Shown here: piece after piece, positions 13,123 to 25,200 of the stretch
Layout: every line of letters begins with the position of its first letter
Position numbering within the stretch: position 1 is the stretch's first letter
Origin: Lama glama
Taxonomy: Eukaryota
Assembly (NCBI GenBank): GCA_028534125.1
Contig: CM052826.1
Coordinates: forward strand, 16,740,001-16,804,000
Reading direction: 5' to 3'
DNA length: 64,000 nucleotides
The notes under the pieces: model-generated
Seen by the model: only the letters and a program-made list of their open reading frames with translations
Told to the model about the DNA's origin: nothing
Database searches by the model: none
Position numbers and translations under genes: made by a program

Positions 13123-15907
13123 CCTAAGGAATTGATTCAAACATTCTCCAAAAACAGGTGTTGGCTTTGAAGGCAGGTGCAGCCATTGGTGTTTTTTTTG
13201 GATTTTTTTGCGGGGGGCAGTTTCATTGCTAAGGAAAGATTTGCTGAGTGGTCTCTTGCTCAAATAGATGGGGAATACCTCATCCTGTATAGATATTTGT
13301 GACTTATGCCTCCCCAGGGAACACCCTACAGAACTCTGAATCTAGTCTTCCATAAATGGAAAAAAAAAAGGGGGGGGTTCCCTGGTGAAATAAATATGGG
13401 AAACTTGACATCCTGCATCGTTCTTCCTGAAGACTAACAATGACAGTGCTGAGAAGGTCTCCATTAGAGAAATCAGTTTAACTGTTTTATCCATCTCCAC
13501 TTCCCCCTTTTGAGCTCAGCCTTTCAGCTGTCTCATCGCTTTCTTCCCCTGCCCCTGACTGGAAAGGAGGAAGCCTGAAGGCTCTCCACCTCGAGGGGGA
13601 GAAAGCACCAAGTGTGGAGCTTTTAAAGCCCTTTCATGGTGGGAGGGCCCACAAGGGGCCAGCTTTCTGAGCTGGGAAAGCCTAGGCCAGGGTTTCTCAG
13701 TGCCCCCAGTACCACCTGCCTCAGAATCATCCAGGGGACTAGCTCAAACAACAGACTCCAGGGTCATCCCAGACTCTGGCAGTGGGGCCCAGGAACCTGC
13801 ATTTAATCAGCTCCCTGCATAAGGCTGATGAACACAAGAGTCAGAGTTCCCCTTGGTGCCTCTTTCCAAGAGCTTGAGGATCATGTTTGTCTCCTTCCCC
13901 CTCCAGCCCCATATAGCATGGATGTTTGTTGAATGAATAATAATAGCAGCTTCCACTTCTCAGCACTTATTGGGTACTGGGCTGATCACATTGGATTTTT
14001 ACAACAGCCCTATGAATTGGGTGTTTTCATCATCCCCAGGTAACAGATGGGGAAACTGAGACCCAGAGGAAGGTCATTTACATGTTCATGAATTAAGAGA
14101 CAGGCCAGGGTTCCTGTTGAGGTGGGACTGACACTGGGTAGACAGGTGCTGATCATGTGCAGTAACTGGAGCAACTGATCTGGGCCAGAGTTTGGACTCA
14201 GTAGTGCAAAGAGGCCCACAAAGACGGGCCCCTCTAATGCTGGCAGGAAGGAGTTTGAGGAAGGCAGGGGCTGGGGGAAGATGTCTTCTCTGTGTGCATG
14301 GCAGACAGTAGCCTCTTCCCTCTCCAGATGGGCAAGCTCCCCCTGCTGCCTGAGTCCCCAGCAGGCCACCCTTCGATCCTGCCCCGTGGGAAAGCCCAGG
14401 ACAGTTCCTCACCGCCTGGACCAGGGCCCAGTCCTCCTATCTCTGCCCCTCTCTCTATAATGACCTGGCTTGGCAGGGAAGGTGGCCCCAGGGCTCTGCC
14501 AGCTCTACTCACCCCAGCCATCAGAGCCCTGCAGCCCCTCCCAGCCTACCCCAAGCCCAGAGAGCCCACCCATGTGCAGACAGAAGCTCCTGTTTCCTTT
14601 GTAGACAGTTACCCAAAGCAGGGAGGCAGGGCCCAGAGGCTTTTTGTAGTTTTACTCGGAGCCTTGTTAAAGGGCCCTGGGCAATGACGGGAATCAGAGC
14701 CATTTTTAAGTGCTCACGCTGCAGTAGGTGTTGGCCAAGCACTGCCCACATGATCAGACTGCACTCAGCAACCCTGTATTGTAGGCCCGCTGTCTTCCCA
14801 TTTCACAGATGGGGCAGTGGAGGCCCACGGAGAGGAAGCCCTTTGCACAAGTCACACCTAGGAGGTAGCCAAGTTCAAGTCGTGCCCTGACTGGACCAGA
14901 GCTTGTGTCTCACCTGCCCTGCCCGCTGCTGACTTGGCAAGAGGGATGGGGCTTCACAAGAGAGACAGTGTCCCTCACCCAGCACCTTGGGAAAGGAACC
15001 TCAACTTTTTAGCAGCCAGAAAAGCTGCCTCTGCCTGGTCAGGTGGGCCCCGTTCTGAAGTCAGCAGCGGCTGCTGGGCCTGCCCTGTGGCCATGGCCTG
15101 CTCCCAGCCTGGTTACCCCTGGCCCTTCAAGGGCCCTCTCTCTGTGATGAGCTCACATCTGGTATCGCCACCCTTAACTGCCTTCACTTCTGTGGCTGTG
15201 AGCAGCTCAGGGGTTTGTTGGACTCAAAACACCTTCCCGGTGTCTGGCACCCCACTGGGGATGATACTCAGCCAAGAATCCCAGCCCAGATGGTGGCTGT
15301 GCAGGAACTGGCACAGGCTGGCTGGGAGACAGCTTGCCCCATGACTTTCCTTTCCGGCAATTAGCTGACTAGTCAAGTGCTCAGAATGCCCAGGGTTCAG
15401 ACTCAGTCCTGCCACTTCCCTGCTGTGTGGCATGAGGCTAACTCCTTAACCTCTCTGAGTCTCAGCTCCTCCTCTGGCGGACCAAACAGAAACTCAGATG
15501 TGGTTGTTGCAAAGTTTAAAATGAAATAAATGTAAAGAAAGTGCCCAGCCTGGCAGATCCCTCAGGAGAACCGTACTATTTGTACTATTTGTTACCGGGT
15601 GAAAGCCAGAGTTCCCCCCAGCACAGGGATCTCCCACACGCCGGGTGCTGGGAGGACGAGAGCAGGACTCCTGGGCGGGGGTGAGTGGAAGAGGTACAGA
15701 CTAGCCTCAGTTCATGGTTCCCCTGCAGTGTTGGGTTGGTTATATCTTGCCAGCCCTGGGACTTAATTAAGTTACTGATGAACCCGTACGTGTCTCTAGG
15801 GAGCCAGGATCTGTCCCTGGTTTCCTCTGCCTGTAGATTAATTCTTGTTTTTCCTTCTTCTTCTTTTTTTTTCTTTCCCCACCTCCCCTTCTTCTTCCCA
15901 AGCAAGC

Positions 15908-15930
15908 AAAAAAAAAAAAAAAAAAAAAAA
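15908..15930 (+). repeat. A23 mononucleotide tract in RFX1 exon 2 5' UTR
   Basis: 23 consecutive A between the acceptor and the ATG. Confidence 0.9.
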
Positions 15931-15964
15931 GGCCTTATTTATTATCATTTTCCCCACTGTTGGC

Positions 15965-16283
15965 ATGGCAACACAGGCGTACGTTACCGAGCTACAGGCA
16001 GCCCCGCAACCATCCCAGCCGCCACAGGCCCCTCCACAGGCCCAGCCCCAGCCGCCGCCCCCACCCTCAGCAGCACCCCAACCCCCCCAGCCCCCAGCCA
16101 CCGCCGCCACCCCCCAGCCCCAATATGTCACTGAGCTGCAGAACCCCCAGCCCCAGGCACAGGCACCGGGCAGCCAGAAGCAGTATGTGACAGAGCTTCC
16201 GGCCGCCCCCACGCCCTCGCAGCCGGCCGGCGCACCCGCCCCGTCCCCAGCATCCCAGCAGTACATCGTGGTCACCGTCTCTG
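15965..16283 (+). CDS. RFX1: RFX1 exon 2 coding part (exon likely starts 15903)
   Basis: Long pyrimidine tract + AG 15901-15902; [15 protein letters not shown]...QQYIVVTVS; donor G|GTAAGT. Confidence 0.97.
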
Positions 16284-19200
16284 GTAAGTGGACATGTGCT
16301 TGGAGCCAGGGCACTCTGTGAACAACTCCGAAAGGAGTTTTGGGGAGCCTAGCATCCTGGATGGGGGAGCATAGTGATGCCCTCCTACTGTCACTTACTG
16401 TGCCTGTCACCAGGAGGGCAGCTTCAAACTCTTTGGAGTTCCCAGGTGGGATTTGGGGGGCATCTCTGGGGAAGGAGAAGTCAGGCCAAGCAGGGAGGCC
16501 TCTGTGCCCCCCAACTCCTTCTCACCAGGGCAGCTCTTAGAGCTGTTTCTGTCTCTAGCCTCAAGTAAGATGTCACTTGAAGAAAGGATTGGGCAGTGGA
16601 GTTAGTTTGCAAACACTTGCTGAAGATAGAGGGTGAGCAGACCACCGTCATCCACAAAGGGGTCATGACAGCTTCGTGTGCTCAGGGGACATGTGTGCGG
16701 TGTTCCCTGCGGCAGTTGGAGGAGGTCTGCTGGGAGGCCTGGAGACATCACTTCCCCTTCCTGCCCATTTCATTTCTGGCCAGACTCGGGCCAAGTGGGG
16801 CTCTTGGCTGGGCTAGTTCATGACCATGTGATGTGGCCCAGGGCTCCTGTTTGTCACTGTGGCTGCCCTTTGAGGCCATGGAGCAAATGACCAGGAAGCT
16901 TGGGTGATTCCTGCTTACAGCATCTTCCCCATGCCTGTGTATTCCAGGATGGGGAGGGGCTGAGCAGGAGGAAGTGGGAGCAGAGGGTCAGGATAGGCAG
17001 TCACTCCCCTGAGGGAGAAGGTGGGGCTCAGAATGGGACTGGGTGTCACTAGCGGTTTCGGATGCGCTCTGTATAGAGCAGAGCATGGGGCAAAACCCCA
17101 CGCTGAGGCTGGCCCCGGTCCTTCCAGGGCAGACAAGGAGGTAATGCGGATCCTAAGGGCATCCTGGGAAGCTGCGGAAGGAGCAGGTCAAGACTGCGTT
17201 TAGGACCATTGGACAATAGCCAAAATTTGTGGCAATTGGCATGGCCCCGGAGGACCAGGACAGATGCAGCTGGGCCCCAGAAGTGTCCTAGAGGCTCCTG
17301 GCAGTGTCGGGGTCCCTAGGGAGGGCCAGGGGTTAGGGCTACACAGGAACTCAGGACAGTGACTCTTTACCACACAGACTGGTGTGGAGGGATGGTGGAG
17401 AGTCATGCTAAGTGCACCGGCACCGAGTGAGGCCAGGCCACAAATCTCCTGTGGGTTCTCCGTGCTGCACAAGGATCCTACCACATTTCCTCGCCAGTAT
17501 ACCTACCCCCCGACTCTCCGAGAAGCTCACTCCCTCCGCCCTGTCTCCCCTAACCTCCATCACCTCCTTCTCACTCTGTGCCCTTGACCTCTGACCCTGA
17601 TACTGACCTCAGCGAGGACAAGGCATCATCACATGACAAGAAGGACTCCATCTCCACCGCAGCCAGCCTTCTAGCTCCTGGGTCTATCTGCACCCACCAG
17701 CTCTGCTTTCTCACTGCTCAAAGGGTGAAGCACCCCCCCACCCAGTCCTGCCGCCTGTTCCAGGCTGCCCCCTCCAGGACTTGCTCCAGCCATCCTGGCC
17801 ACCTCACTTGGTCCCTCTCTTGCAGGTCTCTTCCACCAGATTGCAAAGAGGAAACAGCTTCCATTTTAACTAGGACCCCCCCCAGTCCCTGCACCCCCTT
17901 CAACTGCCACCTGTTTATCTTCCCTTGAAGTTAGAATTCCTCAAGGGATTCAACCTTCCTCCCTTCACCTGGTGCTCTCTCCTCAGCTGCCTGCATCTTC
18001 CCTCCCCAGCATCCCAGTCAGGGCCACCCACAGCCCCCATCTTGTCGATCCACAAATCACTCATTCTTCCTCTTCCTTGGCCTCTGGGCAGCGCCTGGCA
18101 CACTGGTCCTCCTCCTCCCAGAGGAGTCCTCCTGCCCTGGTCTCTGCCCTCCTCCCTGCCACCCCTTCTAGGTACTCTTTGCTGCTTTCTCCTCCTCTGA
18201 CCTTGTCAGCAGTGAGCTCAGCAGTGACCTGAGGCCTCCTCTCTGCACCAGTGACTGCTCCTCCATGGTGGCCTTGTCCGGTGTCTCAGCTTTTGATGCC
18301 ACCTCTATGCTGATAGTGCCCACATTGAGGTCTGCGCCCTGGCCCTCAGCCCTGAGCCCGCACCACCTGCAGCCCATCCACTCAGTCAAAGAGTCCTCTC
18401 AAACCAGCATGGCCAAAGAGAAGTCTGGGGTTTTTTTCCTTCTTCAGATCTGGCCTCCTTCGAGACTTCCCTGACCTAGTAAATAATACCCCTAAGCCTG
18501 GGTCAGCCTTCGCGCCTGTCTTACCCATCCTGAGCAAGCAAGGCCTCTTGGTTCCATCTCCTAAATTCAGCCAGAACCCACCACCTCCCCCAGTTCCACA
18601 GCGCCCACCCTGGTCCAGCCTCAGCTCGCCCCACCACAACCAGAGGGAGTCCCCTGACAACTGTTGATTAGGTTCATGTCCCAGTTCAACCCAGATGTTT
18701 CCACTGAGAAACCTTGGTCTGGTCTTTCTTGGCCATAGGAGATCTGGCCCCATGTAGCCCACAGGAAAGGGCTTTAAAAGCTCCACACTCCCTGTCCCCC
18801 TGCTGACAAGTGTCCAACCTCCTGACTCTAGCTTTAAGGACTGCTGGCCATCCAGTCCCACCTGGTACCAACCTGCCCCCTTGCACACCTGCTTCAGTCC
18901 CACTGGCCTTCTTGGGTCTCTGCAAACCTTCCAGACTCAGTTCGCCTCTGGGCCTTTGCACCTGTGGTGCTCTCTGCCTGTAGCACTCCCACCCCAGACT
19001 TTGTGGTGGCTCATCTCTTGTGGATACTGGCCTGACCCAGTTCAGCCCTCACATCCCATCAGCCCCTGCACAGCCAAGAACAAGTAGGAGGACTTGCTTG
19101 TCACCACTGGAGGACTTTTCATAGCCTCCAGGACATCTTATTGGCCCTGGACCTCCTGAGTGCTGGCTTTCGCTGCTTCGGGTGTCCAGGGTCCCCAGAG

Positions 19201-22200
19201 CAAGGGTCTGGAATAGGTGCATGGCTTAAGACTCCAGAACACCCTAAGTCCCAGCCTGCCTCCTCTCCTTCCCTCGGCTTCTGTAGTTCCTCCCAGCGTT
19301 CCTAGAGAGAAGCCCTGGTGCTTAGAGGTCAAGGGCTTTGTCCCACCTCCCCACTCCAACCGTTAAGCTTTGAGCACTCTGTGGACAGGTTGCAGTGTTG
19401 GTGTGACGGGCTGTTGGTTGGAATCTCAGCCTCCCTTCTTTGGCTGGGCAGTGGTTTCTCTTTCATAGTGGTCCTAGGGAATTTCATCTCCCTTCTGCTT
19501 CTGGTCCTGACAGGAGCGAGCCTGTCCCCAGAAGGGTTGCTGGACGATGCTTCCTTCATTTGTTCTGAGGAAGAGGAGGTTGACTTGTGCCGTTGTCACC
19601 AAACTTGCTGCTCCATTGACCACCCCCCATCCCCTTGCAGTGATTTCCCAGGGTTCCCCCATAACCCTCCCCCAGGTTAGTGTCCCTTTTATCTAAGGGT
19701 GGCTTTGGGGCCATGTAAGCGATTCCTAGGGGTGGAGGTGGGGGTGTAACTGACACCAGCGAAAGCTGCAACAAGGCGCCTGGGGCTCCTCCAGAGCCAG
19801 AAGCAATCTGAGCTGACCAGGGACCCAGGGAATCACAGGGAGGAAGCAGGGAGGGGCCCTGGACCCAGACCCGGAGCCCAGGCTGGAAGCCAGCCAGGAG
19901 CAGCCCCAGAAGCAGCTCATCTAGCCCAATCTTTGCAAGCCCTGCCCTAAGGTGACTTTGGAGGTGGTGGGCAGGAAGCTCAAATTTCCCTGCTTAGGGA
20001 CAGTCCTCTAGATCCATAAATCCCCATGCTCAGAGGCCACCAGACTCTCACCCGAAACTCGAACAGAAGGAGGGTGCTGTGAGTCTCTATCAGCCGTTCC
20101 TCAGAAGGTGAAACCAGCCTGCTGGAAGGGGATCGGGCTGGGCTGAAGGAAGGACCACGTCCAGACTCTCTTCCCTGCTTCTCTCTCACTTGGGAGTCCT
20201 TGGGAATCCAAGTAGACTTGTGTCCGGGAGAGGGACAGGGAGGGTGTTTGTCAGTATGCCAAGCATAGATGGGGAAACAAAGATCAGGGCAGACAAAGGA
20301 CCTAGGACCCTGTGGGCAGCAAGGACCCACAGGCCCCCCCAAAGAGCCTTTGACTGAAGTCATCCATGGGAGCAAAGGCTCAGGAAGGGGAGGGCCAGAC
20401 TGCCCCATCTGTTGTCCATGGTGAACTGGGCCCCTGCTTGGAGCCAAGCCTCTCAGGCTTCTCTCTGTCTTCCTCCAAGTAGACTGTGGCATTTGAGGCA
20501 CGAGTAGATCTCAATGAGGAAGTGTACGGCCAGGGAGGAAGAGACGCTTATCAGATCGAGGGACAGGAAATGAGCTGCCGCTTCCGGACTAGAGACCTGA
20601 GACGGCGGGGCCCTCCATTCTGGGCGTGCATATGCTCAGAATGGAATCTGCACACTGATACGAGCACTCAAAGGTGTCCCCCTACACACACACACACACA
20701 CAGCAGGGGCAAGACACGCTGGTCACAGGCAGATGGGCTCACACATAGGAGGCCCTTTGTCCAAAGAGTAGACTTTGGAACGTCACCTGTTCATCTTCAT
20801 GATGTGGCCCGGTGTGCCCTCCTGGCCTGGCAAGCATGGGGCTTCGGCCGTGAGGGCCACCGCCGAGGCAGCAGATGGGCAAGACTGCTTCCCGGGCCTT
20901 CCCTGTCCCAGGCAAATGCTTGATCTCAGCAAGTCCCCAGGCCTCCCACTTCTCAGGGTCCCACTCAGAAATCAATCCTGGTGTTTTCATCAGAGCCCTG
21001 GAGCCTAGGAGGTGGCCCGGGGCCAGCCCTCCACTTGCTGCCCACCCTGAGCCAGGCTAAACCTGCCACAGGCCTCCTTGGTTAGCCACTGTCCCTTGGG
21101 CTGTGCCTGGCTCCCTGTGCCCCGTGTACACCCAGGTGTGTCGGGCCTGTCACGTGACTCGGGGCTTTCTCAGGTTTCTCCCCGTGGGCCAGCTCAGTGA
21201 GGGCCTCTTCTGTCACCGTTCAGGGGAACCCAAGTGGCTGCAAAGAACGATTCCAGCAAAACAGAGGGATCAGTGCCTCCCGGAACTGGCTGCACAGGCA
21301 GCTGGCTGAGCAGGCTGGGGTTGTCCCAGTGCCTGCCCCACCTCTGGCCATCACTCCCCACCACCCAACATATACACATGCATATGCTCTGCCCCAGACT
21401 CAGCCCTGATCTCCTTGCTTCTACCTGGGATGACCTTTCTGTCCTGGCCAGGTGTTTCTCCATGTCTCTCCACACAGCTGAAGCCCAGCTCTCAGCTTTG
21501 GAGTCTGAACCCCAAAGGGATGCTCTGGACCTTGTGGTGTCCCCATAGGCTCCCAGCTCACTGTCCTCCTGTACCTGCGTGCCTGAATTTGCACACCACT
21601 GCCTTTGGGGCCTCAGCCTAGGCCTGACCCATGACTCTGGGTTCCACACATGGTGTGGGGTTCATGTGGGCACAGACATGGGCCTGTGTCCTGGCCTGCC
21701 AGTTCCCCACTGGGTGACCTCAGGCAAGTCACTTCCTATCTTCTGGTCTCTGTTGCTTTCTCTGAAAACAGAGGTAATAAAAGTTCTTTCCACCTCCAGC
21801 TGCCCAGGAAGACCTAGTGCGGTGCCCAGGGCACCGGAAATGCTGTAGTTCCTCCTATTACTCCTTGCCCACCTCCCTCCAATCCTGCCAGGGGGCCCCC
21901 AGAGGGCAGGGCTGGGACCTTGGCTCCTTCCAGCCACACGCTGGCGGAAGGACAGGTACATGTGCGCCTCTAGCCCCACCATGCCTCGGAAACTACTGGG
22001 AGCAACCAGGCCACACAGCAGGTGGGATAGATGGTGTCCTGGCTAGGATGAGGGTCTCCCAGCCAGTGCCTGTCAGGGACACTTGAACTCCATGCCTCTC
22101 CCCACCCCAGCTCCCCGTTAATCGCTTAGCAATCCATGCTTGAAACTTGACCTGCGCCTTCCTGATAACATCTCCAGGTACCAGCCTCCCTCCTGACCCC

Positions 22201-25200
22201 ACAGCGTGGCCCCAGCCCTGCAAGGGCCCTGCTCGGGCTGTGCCTGCTGGGAGGGACATGTTTATCCCAAGAGGGCAGCCAGGAGCTCTGCATCCACTGG
22301 GGGGATTAGCTCCCCAAGGTTGCCGGTATAAAGCCGCCCACGCACCCTGTTGTTCCTGAAGAGGTGGGCAAGGAGCAAGGAGTGCCAGGCAGGCTCCCCT
22401 GGATGGATGAGGGGCAGGGGCTGGGTGGGAGCGGGTGGGCACCATGTTCCATGATTCCCTCTTCTCGGCTGCCTGTCAGCGTGAGTACCTGCCTGCCCAG
22501 CTCCAAGCCCTCAGCCACCCCCACTGCTCTGAGGATAGGGGGGCCGGGATGCTGGAGAGGAAGGGGGTGTTTGGCTATAGGCTAGGAGGCCTTCTGGGGC
22601 TACTCCTCTGACCAGCTTCCATACCTGGGAAGCCAGGGATTATCTCAAGGATGGTGGCTCCAACACCTTCCAAGGCTGCCAGGACCCTGGCCGGGGTAGG
22701 GGGTGGGGAGGGCGGTGTTAGTTACTATCCACAGTCCTGTCTGTTGGTTAAAGGAATCCATCATCCCTCTGAGCCTCACCATGGCTTTTCAGTCACCCCT
22801 TCTGGTCTGACTTCGGGTCGATGAGGGTAGGAGTGGGGGTGAGGCTGCTTCTAGGAGGAGGTTAAGGATTATAATTCCTTGTGGCCCCCAGTCCTCCCCA
22901 ATGGGCAGTGTTCTGAAGCCACAGCTCTGGTGGGGGCCAGGCAGGATTCTCGGAGAGGCTTGGCCCCATTGTAGCTGTGGCTTCAGGCTGCATCGTCCCA
23001 TCCCCATGGGGCTCAGGCTCAGGATAGGGGCAGGGGCAGCAGGCAGAGCTGACCTGGTGACCTTTTCCTCACAGAAGGTGCCATGCGGGCCAGCGAGACT
23101 GTGTCAGAGGCCAGCCCAGGCTCCACGGCCAGCCAGACTGGAGTCCCCACTCAGGTGGTTCAGCAGGTGCAGGGCACCCAGCAGGTAGGACACGCCCCTC
23201 CCCCAGGGGTGGGTAGAGGGGGCACATGAGGGGGCAGTGGGGCTGTGGCCGCAGGTACCTTGCTCCCCCCTCCGCTGCCAGAACCATCTGCTCACCTGCT
23301 CTTATCAAGATGTTCATTGCTACCGCCCCTCCACCCACCTGGGCCTGGCCTCCCTGGGGAAGCCAGCATGGCTCAGGTCCTTACTCCTTCCCCCGCAGCG
23401 GCTGCTGGTCCAGACAAGTGTGCAGGCCAAGCCGGGCCACGTGTCACCCCTCCAGCTCACCAACATCCCAGTGCCCCAGCAGGTAAGGGCTCCGCATCCA
23501 GTCCCCGCCCTTGCAGCCTCCGCAGGGTGGAGAAGCAACCCCTATGGCCTACTTGGATGGGCTGTCACCAGCATCGAGGACATGGGTCCTATCCAGGGGC
23601 TGCCCCGCCTGCTGCTTCCAGCTGGTGAGGCTGTGTCAGGGCCCGTCAGGGAAGGAGGAACTGCAGGAGTCATCTTAACAGAACTAAGGATTGACTGTAA
23701 GGAGTGTGGCTTGTGGGTCCAGTCCCAATGTCCCAAAGCAGAGAACCAGAGCCAGTTAGGAACCAAGAGCCCATAGCCAGCACAGGGGCTGTGAGTGCAC
23801 CGTGGTCTGTCCCCTGGAAGGCTGCACAGTGGGTGCCGGGGCCCAGCACAGTCTGGGACAAAGTCCTGTCTGGTTTCAAGGGTGAGAGCACATTTCAAGT
23901 GGCCTGTGGAGCCAGGCTCCCTGGACACAAACCTTGGCTCTGTCTCTTATGGGATCCAGGACCTGGGGCAAGTACTTCCGCTCTCCTGGGCCTCACTGTC
24001 ACCCTCTGTGAAGTGGGGGAGCGACTGTGGCATCAGGACTGTTGGGACGATTCCGTGAGCTAATATGTGTGCAGTACCAGGACGTCACCAGGTACCACAC
24101 AGGTGCTTGTTAAAACCATATGCGCTGTCACCAGTGAACTGTGGTCCTTCTCCCTCCCGGCTCCAGGCTCTCCCCACGCAGCGTCTGGTGGTGCAGAGCA
24201 CAGCCCCGGGCGGCAAGGGTGGCCAGGTCTCCCTGACAGTGCATGGCACCCAGCAGGTGCACTCGCCCCCTGAGGTAGGTGGTGGCCCCTTTGGCTACCC
24301 TCCCTGCCCCTCTCCCCAAAGGCATGAGGACTCACTCCCCCAGACTCCTTGCAGACCCTGGGTGGGATGGCTTGACCACTAGATTCTTAGCTCTGCTGGC
24401 TTTGAGTTGAGTGTCGGGCTCCAGGAGGAGGAGGCAGCTTCCCTCACTGGGTCAAGATAAGCCTCGAAGCTCTGGCTCAGGGCACTGCATCCCAGGCAGC
24501 AAAGTGGGCCCCTTTACCCTTGACAGGGTGGGGAGAGGCTCCTCCTCCAAGCACAGGGTGATTCTGGGGACCCCCAACCACCAAGGAGGGTTTGGAGGCA
24601 GGCAAGCCATGGGTGGCCAGGAGCATGGGTGTCAGCATCAGGAGCTCAAGGTCAGACCCCCGGCTCAGACCTTTAGTCCTGGGGGACTCTGGGAAGGCCC
24701 TCGGAGCCTTCTGAGCGCAAAGTGCTCTGTGTGTAAAATAGCTGATGATACAAACTGCCCATTGGCGTGCTGACATAACATGGCCCAGAGCTAATGGGGG
24801 CTCTGTAGCCAGGACACTTGGGTTCAGTGCCTGGCGCCACCACTCACATGTGTGTGGCTCTGCACACATCCCTTCCCATCTGTGCCTCATCTGGAAAGTG
24901 GGGATCCCCTCATCTACCCTCTCTCATCCCAGGGCAGCATTTCTGGGATGAACTCTGAGCCTTGCCCTGGGATGACTGGGGTTGTGGGAGGGACCATGGG
25001 ATGCACTTGGTTACCAGCTTTGGTGGTTTGGGTACATCCCCACTGGCTGCTACCCTCTCCAGATAGCTCTCAGGACAGCCCTCCTGAGCAGAATTGCTTC
25101 AGGTCCTGGCTGCCCCACACAACAGTCCCGTGTCTCCTTCCCTTGCAGCGGTCGCCGGTGCAGGCCAGTAGCTCCTCCAGCAAGACGGCTGGGGCTCCCA

